A DNA stretch of 62,011 nt, the filler included, from Sphacelaria rigidula (taxonomy: Eukaryota), in assembly GCA_964200075.2 (NCBI GenBank). It is 4 parts of 4 records of this genome, joined end to end, with 100 filler letters (N's around TTAATTAATTAA, not from the genome) between each part and the next. Parts side by side here need not be neighbours in the genome. Positions count along the whole stretch, not along the records: positions 1 to 15,428 come from CAXNAA020001748.1; positions 15,529 to 30,956 come from CAXNAA020001749.1; 2 more parts are not named here. One strand, 5' to 3'. The position numbers and the translations under genes are program-made. Positions within the stretch are counted from its first letter, which is position 1, and each line of letters opens with the position of its first letter. This document shows, one piece after another, positions 12,016 to 24,298 of this stretch. The notes below the pieces were generated by a model. That model was not told the DNA's origin and did no database searches. It saw only the letters and a list, made by a program, of their open reading frames with translations.

Positions 12016-13881
12016 CTGTAGCGTAGGTCGCTGCAAGCTATCCCTCATGATTTTGTGAAGACAAACAACACCACTGTCGGCGGCGACTCGTAGGGCATTT
12101 TCGACCTGTCTGTAGACAAGGCCCGAAATAGTCCGACATTTTACCGACGACCCACAATAAAAAGACAAAAGGAGTAGGTTTTGAAGAAAATACGAGAAAA
12201 GAAAGCACCAGACGCTGTACACTGTTTTCTCCAGGTATGGGTAAAGGCAGAGGGGGTTCCCGCAACTTGTATTGTACTCCAATATCCATGGTTAACACAT
12301 ACCTGTCTTTGTGAAACCCTAACCGTATTAATCGTTGTCCGAGTGAGATGCTCTACACAGTACAGTGGCTGCGAAAGATAATCGATGATCTACATTACGG
12401 GACGTACCGAGAGCAACCGTGGTGCTTTAAATCTGTCGTGGCGACGTCAGATTATCTAGACGTAGCTACGGGATACTCGGTGGGTAGTTTCCGCGCGATC
12501 CCTAGAATGTTTCCAGGAGTAGCTTTTAGAGCAGTAACTTAGGCGTCTGATAGATTCGGTGTTCGCGCAAGACCGCGAATCCCACCGATATCACTTCCGA
12601 CCTGGTACCCTACCCAACAAGGCCGAGATTCATCCCCAGTGTCTAGCAGTGAGTAGTATCAATGCAAGTGTTGCAAGCCAAGTTTGGTGACCGACAAAAG
12701 AGGGCTGAAAGGGAAGGTAATACACGTTTGAAAAAGATAAATACCACACACTTTTGAGGTACGCCAACGACACATTGTTTTGGAGGAAGCTGTACCACCA
12801 GCTATGCTGGCGTCAGGTAATATCGAACAACCGCAACCCAACTCCGATCCCAAGGCGAAACGACAAGTCTTGGGGAAAGCAAACCAGAGGGTGCCCAGGT
12901 CAAACTTTGCGTCGGAAGAGCTGGGATCGGCGCCTGCTGCTGATTCGAGCGAACAAACGCGTGCTACGCACATCGATGGGTCTTTTGTACTGCTGTACTG
13001 CCAGCCCCCCGGAAGATACGGAAGTGTGAGTCAACTGTAGATTTCAGAAAACTTACACGCGTGAACTTTGTTCGCTTAATATCGATTCTAAAGAGAATCA
13101 GTCGTTTCTTGTGGGATATATGAGTTTTGCTGTGTTTAATAGGAGTTTCGGTCCTGAAGCAAGTAATAGCGTTGCAACCTGTCTTGAATGTCACGTATCA
13201 CCTCTCTGACGGGACTCTAGCCCACTCGTCCCATTCGGTACGTTCCTGAGAGGCAAACGACCACTTGCAAAAAAGTCCCAAATTGACATGAAAATGTTGT
13301 GTCCATGAGGCTCTATTCTCGCAAAGTTTGTTTTCACCCTCGAAAACCGTACCTTCGTGTCGGAGCCCTCGGCCAACGCCTCCGTATCTTCTTGAGACAG
13401 GAGGTGCGCTTCCTCCAAGGGACAAATCTCGAACAACTCCTCGTGAGATTTGCTGGCGCGGTGTTCTGCGAAAACAAAGTTGTTTTTGTTGTTTTTTGAC
13501 GATCGCAGAAGTGAGACCACCCGAAATCAGTCACAATCGGGTCGTCGGGTAGAATTTCATAGGTTGCTTCCGTGGTGTTTTGTGTTCCGTGATTCGTTTT
13601 TGCACCCGCCCTTGTCCCTTGCACGCCGCCGCGCTAAAGGAAAGTGGAGCAAGGTCAAACAGCCTCGATTTGAAGGAAGAGCCCCCGCTGATTTATCAAG
13701 ATGGCGGTACTCAACGAGACGAGTCATAAGCTGTGTAGCTTGCTGAAGGTGCACAACTCACTGATCAAGAGCTCCAGTACCTCGCGTGCGCGATGCTTCG
13801 TGCTTGCCAGTTCTGACGCTTTTGCCGAGGCCAGAGCATCGCCGACAGACATAACTTGCGCGTTCTCGTGGACGATCAACT
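12016..13881 (-). CDS. Probable upstream exons of the DOT1-like gene
   Basis: Exons 13881-13762 (ELIVHENAQ...LELLI), 13465-13353 (HRASKSHEELFE...SDTK) and 12105-12016 (VENALRVAADSG...PTLQ) have canonical AG/GT borders and compatible phases. The link to the 10777 exon is not fully resolved (a candidate small exon lies at ~11120-11178). Confidence 0.55.
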
Positions 13882-15428
13882 CTGATGGCAAACGATATGA
13901 AACAGCACGGAGGAGCGGAGGTGCAGGCTGTTGGCAAGTGTGTCCCTTAAGTTCGTAAGCGATCTCAGAGATCTAATATCTTGTTGTAAATACATGAACA
14001 CGGGCACCTACCCCCAAAGATTGTTGCCTTCGAGCCGCAATGTGACGCCAACCGATGGGCTTCATTGGCACATGAATCTGGCAGTTGAGTGCACAGTGAG
14101 TTGTGTGAGCTTCACCCCCGTCCACGGCAGTGTACGTCATTCATCTGAGTCTACTGATGCTCACCTGCTCTTGCTATACATGGAGTGCATGCTCTACAGC
14201 ACGCTGGTGTCCATGTGTGTGTCTCGAATTTTCTCGGTTATAGTGAACATTTCGTCTACCCGTGTTTATTACGTTCCAGTGGTATTGGTATACGAAGTAT
14301 TACCACATTTCTCCGGCGGCAATGTGCGATCGATTAATGATGCCTCTACACATTTATTTGCTTAGCTGCGGGCTCAGGAGTCGGTGCTGCAAGCCTGCCT
14401 ATAGTCTATTCTCGTACAGTCAGTGTTGTATACTGTCGGTGTGCTCGAAGCCTAGATGTCCCGGCGGCCCAAACTCATACGGACGGTACCGTGTGAGTGA
14501 CTAGAGGATCCTTCAAAGATAGAAGGGGGTCGAAATTGCGGTTATTATACAATTTAGGCAAGAGCCGTTTTCACTGATGCCCGTTGTGGACAATGAAGAA
14601 CACACGACGTCTTGTCTGAAACAACATTTCATCCTTCTATCCGACTTAACACATCTCTATGACCTTGTCCGAGTTTGTTCGTCGGAACAATCACGACCTT
14701 AACTGAGACAACACGATAGGGGACAAGGACGCGGCGGGTGTGTTTCTGTAGCACCCCTCCTCCCCCCTCTAGCGTTGAACGACACTCGACAGTTGTTGCT
14801 GTAAGTTTTTCAGGGCTGGAGATTTACGCAGCACAGGCAGTTGTTGCTATATCGGCGTTCCAGATGCTTAGATATCTGGGAGGTACAACGAGGGTCGCTC
14901 AGGATACTGTCCGACTTGGTGCAGTATTCCGTGTGAACGTTCCCGCTTAACACATCACCGTCGGTCATGGATGTATTTAATTGTTTTTTTTTTGTCGCGC
15001 ATTAACGTTAAGTGATATAGTGTTAATCCATCCGTGGTCACACGATAGACCTACCGAAGTTAAACTAGCGGAAATTCTCGCTAGATGAAACTCGGGGGGG
15101 GGGGGGGGGGGGGGGGGGAGGGGGGGACACGAAAAAAGAAGGAGGGGGGAAAAGAGGAGACTGACAGGGACGCCAGACCAATGCTCCTGCCAGGGCTCCA
15201 CGCAAGGCCCATTTTCACCGTTAGAGGACAGGGCAATCTTTGTCACTTGCGCATTTTCCACGCGCAGATTTCTTTTTTTTATTGCTTCATTTCTTCATCA
15301 CAGTGTTTGCAAAAAGTAATATATATATATATGTACTTCGAAGTATATACATTTACGAATAACAGTGTTTTCGTGAGATTGAGAGTAGATGATACGATTG
15401 AGAGTGGCTTTGATCATTCGCTTTAAGT

Positions 15429-15528
15429 NNNNNNNNNNNNNNNNNNNNNNNNNNNNNNNNNNNNNNNNNNNNTTAATTAATTAANNNNNNNNNNNNNNNN
15501 NNNNNNNNNNNNNNNNNNNNNNNNNNNN
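15429..15528. other. Artificial contig linker
   Basis: N44-TTAATTAATTAA-N44, 100 bp, with stops in all frames. Confidence 0.98.
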
Positions 15529-15560
15529 GGGGGGGGGGGGGGGGGGGGCGGGGGGGGGGG

Positions 15561-15658
15561 GTATTCGTGATATTGCATACCATAGTCATCTGACCATTGA
15601 CCTCGCATCCCTACAAAGCCAGGACGGAGCACGCTGGGTGTTCGCCGGACCAAACTCG
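15561..15658. mobile_element. Dispersed ~200-bp repeat (family X), partial copy after poly-G
   Basis: gaccattgacctcgcatccctacaaagccaggacggagcacg...ttcgccggacc is shared with the copies at 17271, 28939 and 46661. Confidence 0.8.
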
Positions 15659-17270
15659 TGGAAGGTGCGTACGTATTTGTTGCTTGCCTCGGTCATTTAT
15701 CCATTGACCACGCATCCCGTTCGAGGCAGAGCATCGTTCCTACTCCTAATAGAGATACCTCCACCATCTGGGCGCTCCCTACGTTTCTTCCATACATGCA
15801 TGGAGCGGAAGAGAGGGGAGAGGGGTCGTTGCCGTCGGTGTCCACCATAGAGGTAGTACTGAGTCATGTTTCAGGTGCAACTTGATCTGTGCATCCCAGC
15901 GTATGGCGTGAAATGGATCATGACTCTTTCCTTGCGAACGGACAACGGGTGGGCTGTCGATCTATCTGCCAGAGTATTATGCTCCCCCTCCAAGACCCGA
16001 AACTCTCGTAACGTTCGTGCTTTTTTTCTTTCGAGATAAATATACATATGTACAAGCCGCACGGGACCCGGGGCTGCGCCCCGGTCCCGTTCATCTTTTT
16101 CGAGGGTCTCGGTATTCTCGTCTTGCCAAACCCTCGTGAGAATAGATCCGCTCTCGAAATGTTCATGCCCGCCGGAAACATTGCAGGATAACCGCGATCG
16201 CGCGTCCGTTCGAACGGTCGCGAACGCATGTGTACCCCCGCACAAAGTAAAGCACGAATCCGCCTACCGGGCCCCTAGCATTGGAAATTGGTCCGAACAG
16301 TAATATCCCGGGGCGGGTGCGGAGGAACTTGCACACTAAAATCAGCAATAAATCCCGTGGACGCCTCGTTACAAATTATGCTGCACGCTCGCGAGTTCGA
16401 AATATTCTATATATGTCCTGTCTTTTTTCTTTCCCATCACAACATTTTTTCAGGAAGCCGGCGATTATTCACGCACGGGATTTCTTTTTCAAGCTAGGCA
16501 AGCGGAAGATAAACTCTTGACGACGACCGCCAATGCCGTGGATACGGGCGGGGCTCATATGCTACAGTGACATGCGGTACGGACAGCACATACAATCGGA
16601 TACTCACCGATTGCGTCGCATAATATAAAACGGTACGCTGAGGGTGGATTTCGACGAGGGCACACCTGCTGGCGTACACCTGCTGGTCACGATATTTTTT
16701 TCCAGGTACGAAACATCTTTTGTGCAAGTCACCGCAGATCCGGGATTTATGTCCACCACATCCGGGCAGGACTTGGAGTCGTACGAGAGCAAGATTCGCA
16801 TATGTATCACCACAGTACACGGGCACATGCATTCCCGCTGCTGCCCAGACTAGGAAGCCCGCAGGAAGCACGTCGGTAAGTCCGACGCCGTCTTCGAATA
16901 CTGAGGAGGAGGGGGGGGCTCCCGGGACAGGATGCCCACCGTGGACTTCAATGCATGCGGGTGGGGAGCATTGGACCGAATAGGAGTCACCACAAGGGTG
17001 GCGTAACGGAAGATCGGCGAGCAGACGGAAGGAGCTCGCATGGGACAACATTGTTGTTTACATGTCAAGGCATGATACGTACGGTGATACGTCCGGGAAC
17101 CTGCGAACCCTCAGATGTCCATGCAAGCCGACAAGGACGGTGTAAAGAAATTACAATTGCCAGGGCCACCGCTGCCTGCCCCCGCCCCCTTCGCGAGCGA
17201 CCAGCGCGGCTCCCACCAGTACTGCCAGCGGCGGAAGTAGCGGCGTACGCGGCCGCTCGTACTATGAGAT

Positions 17271-17533
17271 GTACTCATGGTCTTGCATGCCGTAGTCATA
17301 TGACCGTTGACCTCGCATCCATACAGAACCAGGACGGAGCACTCCGGGTTTTCGCCGGACCAGGCTCGCAATCGATCACCAAGCGCCAAGCGCCGTGATC
17401 TGTTCAGCGAGTCACATGAAGGGAGAGCGGCATCCTGCTAAGATTGTTCGGCCTGATGCGTAATTATTATCTTGCATTTGGATGACAAGTCTCCGATGAG
17501 TTGCTTAATTTTCTGGTATCGCCACTTCCAGAG
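17271..17533. mobile_element. Dispersed repeat family X, extended copy
   Basis: Reads gtactcatggtcttgcatgccgtagtcatatgacc...gcatcctgctaagattgttcggcc, followed by a flank attatcttgcatttgga...gtatcgccacttccagag that is shared with the 28939 copy. Confidence 0.8.
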
Positions 17534-18779
17534 AGACAGCCACGGGTTACACACTGCCTCATGGGTGTCTCACCATCGTATCATGGGAGGAGCGGGTCCA
17601 CGGTGAACAATGGAAGGGCCGAGGCGAATGGAGCGAGCAGTGCGTCGGGGGCAGCTGTTCTTATGACTCATGGTGGGAAGCCGTGTCGACGTGATGGCTG
17701 GAGGGAGGTGGTAGGGGAGCGATTCCGGGAGCCGGGTCGAAGTATTCAGCCGGGATCTGGAATGGGGATTCAGGTTCCGAATGCAGCGGGTCGGAGAGAG
17801 AGCACTCAGCATCGGAAGCAGGCAACGAGCATGATGGGCAATTTTGCGTTTTGATTCAGCTTACTGAGGAATCTGGAGCTATCCTTTCTGTAGGTGGATT
17901 GTGCGTGCGTATATGTCCGTACAATTCAAGATTGTCGTATGCAAGAGGTAGCCGTCAATTGTGCCTCGTGTATATAGTGAGGGTGATTGGCGCACGGTGC
18001 GGTGTGCCCTCGGGTGCACAAGTGTATGGGGAATGGTCTGGCGATACCCTTGGGCGAATCGCCGCTTGTGCGTGAGGTTACATATCCCATTGTGTTAATC
18101 GAAGGAGTGTATAGACGCAAAAACGACAATTTTAAAACCAAATCATGGTATCCAACTCGACCCATTCGAAAACCGTTCAGCGTTAACCAACGCGCGCGTG
18201 ACTCTGTTCGCTGGGCGGTATAGATTGCGTTCTGACAGCGAAGTGAGCGAACTGCCGGGAATAGCAGGTACGACGAACGTGCTGAAAGATGGGACGAACC
18301 GTCGGATGATATCCTTCATCGCTATCTCTTCGACCAGCTTCACACTGAACCATCCGCACAGAACCGGACGGCCGAGGCGACCCCCTGTCCTTCGAATCAC
18401 ACGTTGATGCCATTTCGGCAGTATCATCCTCTTCACGCCCAGAGGTTACGATCTGGCTGTCGACCCCAAGAGCCGACCGTAAGCTTTTGCGTGTGTGCGT
18501 CATACCTTGCGCGGCGATCCATCAAGCCCGCTACACGCGCCACCCCGGCGACAACGGCATACATATTTTTTGTCCCGTCTTTTCTACCGGCGGGCGAGGT
18601 TGATGTTTGCACGAAGGACTACGGATAATCTATTTCCAAGATTATCCCTGTCCTTCCCCGTCGATTTTGTCCTTGGTCGGTGGTTCTTTGCCGAATTTCC
18701 TGGTTCATGCGTTCGTACCTGCTCTACTGTACCGTGTCCCAGGGCTTCATCACTTCTGTAGTCTCCTTCTGTCCTCCTT

Positions 18780-18781
18780 CT

Positions 18782-18817
<36 letters not shown>
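18780..18817. repeat. (CT)n microsatellite
   Basis: Direct reading of the sequence. Confidence 0.9.
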
Positions 18818-18819
<2 letters not shown>

Positions 18820-19090
18820 GTGCAGGATTTCTTTCTTCCCGGTGTATGCAGGTTGCAGTTCGGTGCATCGCTTCGGTAGGGTTCACGGGTGAGAGCTCAT
18901 GCTCAAACTAGCGTAGCCCAAAATCACGAGCCACAATATTTTCCCACGGCTTCCTGATTTCGTCCGGGTTTGAGTGCATATGTGCTTTTGCGCAAGACTT
19001 TTTCCACTTGAAGTCATGTTGCCGAGGCAGGCCCATTTCCAGCTTGTCTGTTTTTTGGCCCCCCTTTTTTTTCGGTCTATTCTTAAATCG

Positions 19091-19335
19091 GTCGCCCCGG
19101 TGGCTCAGTTGGTAACCTCGAAACCTTTTGACGGTTGGGATGTGGGTTCGAATCTCGGCGAAGTCACACGATCTGGTTTGTTTCCTTCACATCATACCCA
19201 ACACTGGAGAGAGACGCGTAAAAGGAGACTCCGTTAGACTCACCCTTTTTGTAAACAATACAGGAGGGTATACCCTACTCTCTGCTAAAACATTACTAGC
19301 ATTTGTTGATTTTTTTTTGTTCACGTGTGTACCCT
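19091..19335 (+). mobile_element. tRNA-derived SINE, tail type A
   Basis: Head gtcgccccggTGGCTCAGTTGGtaacc...gtgGGTTCGAATCtc has A and B boxes. The tail ...aacaatacaggagggtataccctactctctgctaaaa recurs inverted at 20577-20613. Confidence 0.8.
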
Positions 19336-19349
19336 TCAATGCTCGAGAG

Positions 19350-20162
19350 CATACCCTTCTTCACCCTTCTGTGCGGAGTGATTACCGTACCACCGGCTCC
19401 GCAGAAGATACGCCGAACAGGCATAACCATATCCATTCGTTGTAAAAGCACACCCCACCAAAAAGGCCGAAATCTAACGGTCAAGAAGTTTTAGCCCCCT
19501 TCTGGTTAGCCCGCGTAGCCGGAAAATCCGATGATTCATCCAGGGCCCAAACGCTTGTGTGCCGGAGTTCACGAAGATTCAACGAACATATGTGTGTGAT
19601 GCCGTTCGGGCGTGTATGTATCGCAAGATTTTTCCACACGTACCCGCCGGTCGCCCCGGTGGCTCAGTTGGTAACGTCGAAACCTTTTGACGGTTGGGTC
19701 GTGGGTTCAAATCTCGGAGCGATCTGGAATTTTTCCTCACACGATGCTCAACAGTGGAGAGCGAATATGTTGTGGGTACACAAAACTCGACGAGGGAAAG
19801 GGACCGCTGAACCCCTCTCGCGATAAAAAATAAAGGCAAGCACCGCAGAAGGAAGGCGGTGTAAAAAAAAAATCCTCTGTTGACCTTCCTCCCGTGTGGC
19901 GCCGGCAGGTGCGCCCACATATAACGAAAGATGTAGACCCACGCCAAGAATAGATAGGACGACAATACACACACTAGTGTCCTGTATGCATCGTCGGATC
20001 TTCCGGGTCTGTGGGTCAACCAGCAGGGGGATACTATTTCTTGGTCGTTGAGTTTCGGCCTTTTTGGCGGGGTGGAATTTCACATAATAAATGGGTATGG
20101 TTGTGACTGCACGGAGAATCTTCTGCGGGGCTGGCGTTCACAAAGAAGGGTAAAGAGGGATT
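19350..20162. mobile_element. Fold-back MITE-like element interrupted by a SINE
   Basis: 19350-19545 is the diverged reverse complement of 19980-20162, e.g. caccccaccaaaaaggccgaaa / tttcggcctttttggcggggtg and ccgcagaagat / atcttctgcgg. Confidence 0.7.
19650..19974 (+). mobile_element. tRNA-derived SINE, tail type B (CA tail)
   Basis: Same head as 19091, with a different body ending agaatagataggacgacaatacacacac. Homologous copies at 51271-51595 and 56590-56876. Confidence 0.85.
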
Positions 20163-20295
20163 TGCACGTCAGCTTTGACCCTTAAACCGCGAGATTAGGT
20201 CATTTGTTGAATCGGCATCAATTTCACTTGAAAAAAGTATGCATGGTCCAGATGGACTACGTTCGCAGTCCAAGGGTCAAACGCTAGACCCGACA

Positions 20296-20541
20296 CTTTC
20301 TACGATAGCTCCCCCCCCCGAAAAGTGCATGGTTTTGGGAGGCAAAATCTTCACGTGCACCGAAATGGGCAAAGCCGAGCACAACGAGAAGCTAGGAATT
20401 CCCACGCTTGGGTTCATTCCAGCCAATGTCGTCAATATGAGGCGCTTTATGCACAGCCTGAACCCGAACATCAGACGCTGTATGGCCATTTTTTTCGTGA
20501 CACTTTTAGCTGGTTTTGGGGGGGGGGGCTATCGTAGAAAG
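20296..20541. mobile_element. Short-TIR MITE (possibly Tc1/mariner type)
   Basis: TIRs CTTTCTACGATAGC(T)CCCCCCCC / GGGGGGGGCTATCGTAGAAAG; right flank TA, left flank CA. Internal 20380-20453 matches window positions 1-74. Confidence 0.75.
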
Positions 20542-20655
20542 TATCACCCGTGAACAAAAACGGGTGAAATTCTATTTTTTAGCAGAGAGTAGGGTATACC
20601 CTACTGTATTGTTCACAAAAACGGGTACGGTCGCAGGCTCTCTTTTCCCACGCCG
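20542..20655 (-). mobile_element. 3' fragment of SINE tail type A
   Basis: Reverse complement of ~19215-19330, with 1 mismatch over the ~37-bp core. Confidence 0.65.
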
Positions 20656-21023
20656 TATTCATAGTCAAGCCTAGTACCATATGTGGAAAATAGAAAAACA
20701 TGGTTGAGCGTGCTGCACAGACACCTTGGGCGTGGGGCTGAGGCGCTGGAAGGTACTTTGGAGGTGCTTAGCCCGCGTACAGCGTCGCAATGCCTCAACC
20801 TTTCTTGTTCGAAAGCATGACGGTGTACCCTTTTTTGTATATATTGCCCTTATTAAATTAAAGCGATCCACCGCGAGGGTAGGTCATCTGGCCAAGCAGT
20901 AATTGTTCACGTGAGCTGATGCTGGTTCAACACATGACCTGCCGCGTTGCGCCAAAAGAAACAAAACACATATTTTTCAGAACAGAATCTGACCACTTTT
21001 CCCTCTAGTCTGCCAAGCTGCAG

Positions 21024-23779
21024 TGCACAGCACAAGATATAGCGACGGGGAACTGTTGGCTGTGGTTCGCATAGCACATGACCGAAGTTTCAGCGCCTTG
21101 CAGCGGCTGTACAGCGCGCGTAGGGCCGTGCGTCATGAACTGCGCACCTCTACAGACTATATGCCGATCGGTACACTACTGATGGTCATGATCCAGAAAG
21201 GGTCACCGGTGTCAGTTTGCTACCACATCGGCCGCCCAGCCGCTGAAGATGTCGAAGGTAGTGGACCTGCCCGTGCATATATGCATTAACCTCTAGTGCA
21301 CGAAGTCTGGAATGCGCGGTAGCCGCTTTGAGAGCGCCTAGACGGCATTCCCCGAAATTGCTTGTGGCCAGGTTAGTAATTTGTGCGGGAGCTTGGCGCA
21401 TATATTGCCTGTGTTGTGTCCGACGCGTGCACAAAGTTTCATAAGGGAACTCGAAGTCGCAGACGAGAAATCCACAACGTAAGTTGCTCTTATAATTGGG
21501 ACTTTACCGTAGGAAAGTATCCAAATGAACACGAGATGCGGTTACGCAGCATTACGATACGGATACTGTAATACAGTATTACAGTACTGTACTGTCAAAT
21601 GCAGTACAGACAGTAGTACACAGTACATTGCATCAGCAGTTATATTGCATTTTATAATGGTCGAGACAGAGTTTTCAGATTTAAAAGCTACCAGCTGCGC
21701 CGCCAGGCATGCATGCAAACGGTCATGCCGTTCTCATTTGTGCTGGAGGCAATTGAGATGATTTTTTTTCAGGCGGATTGCTCACTTCATATACAATCGC
21801 ATTACACCCTAGACGTGGTGACGGGCGGGAACGCGAACCGTGGCCGCCAACTATTGGCGTACCATGGGAACCGCAAGGCACCCTTACCGAGCAACAGCAT
21901 GCACATCACCGAACGCGGGACATGATCACGTTTTCAGCCTGCGGCTTGCGCCTACGATCTAGCCTTGAACACAGCTCTTCAGATATGCTGCGTGTTGGGC
22001 CGTAGGTCCTTCCCAAGGGGCTCCTCGCTCGTGTGGACTATAACGACTTTGGGAATGTTCTAAGCTGATATTTTATACGATGACTCTTGTACGCGAAAAT
22101 CCGCATACATTCAACTTTTTTTTTCCTTTTGGCGCAACACTGCCTATGCTCGCGGCCAAAGGAATAAAACAATATGGAACTGATGTCGATGCAGAAGCAA
22201 GTTCAGTGACAGTAGCTCAAACATAAAAAACATAAAAAAGTAGAGGAATAATACGTGGAGGGGAATTGCGGAGCGCTCCGGGACCAAAAAATCTCACCTC
22301 TTGGACAATGACAATAGCACAATCATCTACCTGTAGGGAGGGAGCGAGACGACAGCGTACTGTTGTACTGCAGATCATCGCAAAACGAGCGACGTAGCGA
22401 CGTATAATAATGTTACAAACCCTACACAATACTAAATAAGTATGGACTAGGAAGGTCTTCGACATTCTTAGGCCCTGTATACTGTACATGATATACGGGG
22501 GTATTTGGCACAGTATTCAAGAACAGTAGTCGTGGGTGAAATATGCACACCTATAGAACATGCTGTGTAATACCATGGTTGGCTACAAAAACACATCGTT
22601 TGGACGGTATGCAGTACACAAGCAGGATTGTGGTGCGCACTGAGGTTGCTTTTCTTCAAAAGTCGAAACCTCAAGTTGTAAAGGGATACGTATAGTAATC
22701 CAAAGCCCAAGTTGAACGTACAACAACACAATCACAAATTGGGAAGCTGCCGCCCCAGACTGACCCCACACTCTCAAGTGCTTCCACGTCGTGAAAAATT
22801 CCGGAAAATACTCCACGATGAGTGCACCGCAATATCAGCACCGAGTACAGGGCAGTGGTTCGAAACATATGTGACTACGCGGGAACAAAGAGCAAGGCAT
22901 TATTTGAAATGAACGCACCGCACTCGCGGGGGTAGCGGGGGTTTCGCAAAACGCGATTGTCCCGTCAACTATAACTATACCGCCACTGGTCTGTTGACTG
23001 CCGATCCCGAAAGGTGCAGGTCGGTCAAACGGGTAAAATGGATCTGTCTTTTGTACGAGTATATCCGCAAGATTTCAAGAGCATTATTCCACTTTCATCT
23101 CTTCTATAGACTCACTCGTGTTCCGCCGCCGGATACAAAAAGCACAGCAGCTGTCGAGGCAAACCGTCGCGTTTGAACATATTGACGCCCCCGGCACGTT
23201 GTCAAATTACGCTACACTTTGTACGGTATCTATGTCACCTGCAGTGGTTGGGCCCCGTTTGATATCGGTCCCCGGATCAGAGACATGGGGAAGGCTGGTT
23301 GCACTTTCTGTTGTACTGCCGCTTCCCTCGCTCATGATGTGTTTTTCGCTCTCTCTCTCTCTCCCGCCTTCTCTCTTTCTCTTTGCTTCTCTCTTGTCCC
23401 CTATCTACAGTTATTGACTCTTCTCGGGAACAAGAACGTAGGCTTTGGCTCGTAGATTATCTCTGTCCGGCGATTGAGTACTTCCTTAGAGTGGACTTAA
23501 CTCTAGCTCCGATGCGGCGCTGCTGCTGTGATTCATCTTTTTCATTTTTCGCTTCTATATTCGATCATCAGGTATTGGCTGACCGTCAAGTTGCCGAGAG
23601 CGATTTGGAAGGAAAATACTTTAAAATTCACGAAACGAGTAACCATTCGTCCATCGAGTCTTCAGATCACTCTACGCGTTTCTTCAAATCAGTCTATCCG
23701 TAGCTACTTCTTTGAGTCTCCTACACAGAGCAACAAGAAAAAGGGAAATACCAAGAGAGTGAAACTTCCAGCTATCTGA
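21024..23779 (+). CDS. Possible exons of an unknown gene
   Basis: Candidate exons 21024-21257 and 21773-~21990 are phase-compatible with AG/GT borders. A possible terminal exon ~23572-23779 ends KRVKLPAI*. No recognisable domain. Confidence 0.3.
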
Positions 23780-24298
23780 TGACAGCTGGTTTGTAGCAAT
23801 ATCTGGTTCTGGGCAGAACTACTGTACTGTAGAATGGTTCTGCACGACACTGATGCTATCATGGAACTGGCCTTGCACCACCAACGCGGCTGCTCTTAGA
23901 GATTCGTAGCCTCTGCACCCGCTTCCCTACTACCTACAGGTTTACTGTTCGCCTTGAGCTTCTGTGTGACATAGAAAGGCCTTCTTGCAATCTCTTCGCG
24001 TGAAAACTGCGGCACGCCGCCGTACGCTCGTTGCTGAAGTCGTTTACTGTTTTACCCACGGTGGGTCCTTCCATGCTCAGGCCACCAACGCAACAGCCAG
24101 TACAGCAGTCGGTACCGGTGAATCAGGTGGGCTCCTACCTTGACTCACCATCCAGTTGGTGCAAAGCTCGAAACGTGCGATAGCAAGGGGAAGTTCATCC
24201 GCACTTCTCCCTCGAGGGATTTTGGCGCTGGTGAAGCAGTACAACAGGACAGGTCTGAATACCAGTACTCCACGACACATGCTGTTGGGCAGGCCATC

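Noticed and set aside
15473..15484. TTAATTAATTAA as a biological motif
   Set aside because: It is embedded in Ns identically three times, so it is a synthetic linker.
19091..19165. Functional tRNA gene
   Set aside because: A and B boxes are present, but the acceptor and D stems do not pair properly and the sequence continues into a repeated SINE body.
19254..20613. 37-bp inverted repeats suggesting a 1.36-kb TIR transposon
   Set aside because: The homology extends on both sides of the putative TIR, and the left copy is contiguous with a SINE head. It is better explained as two oppositely oriented SINE tails.
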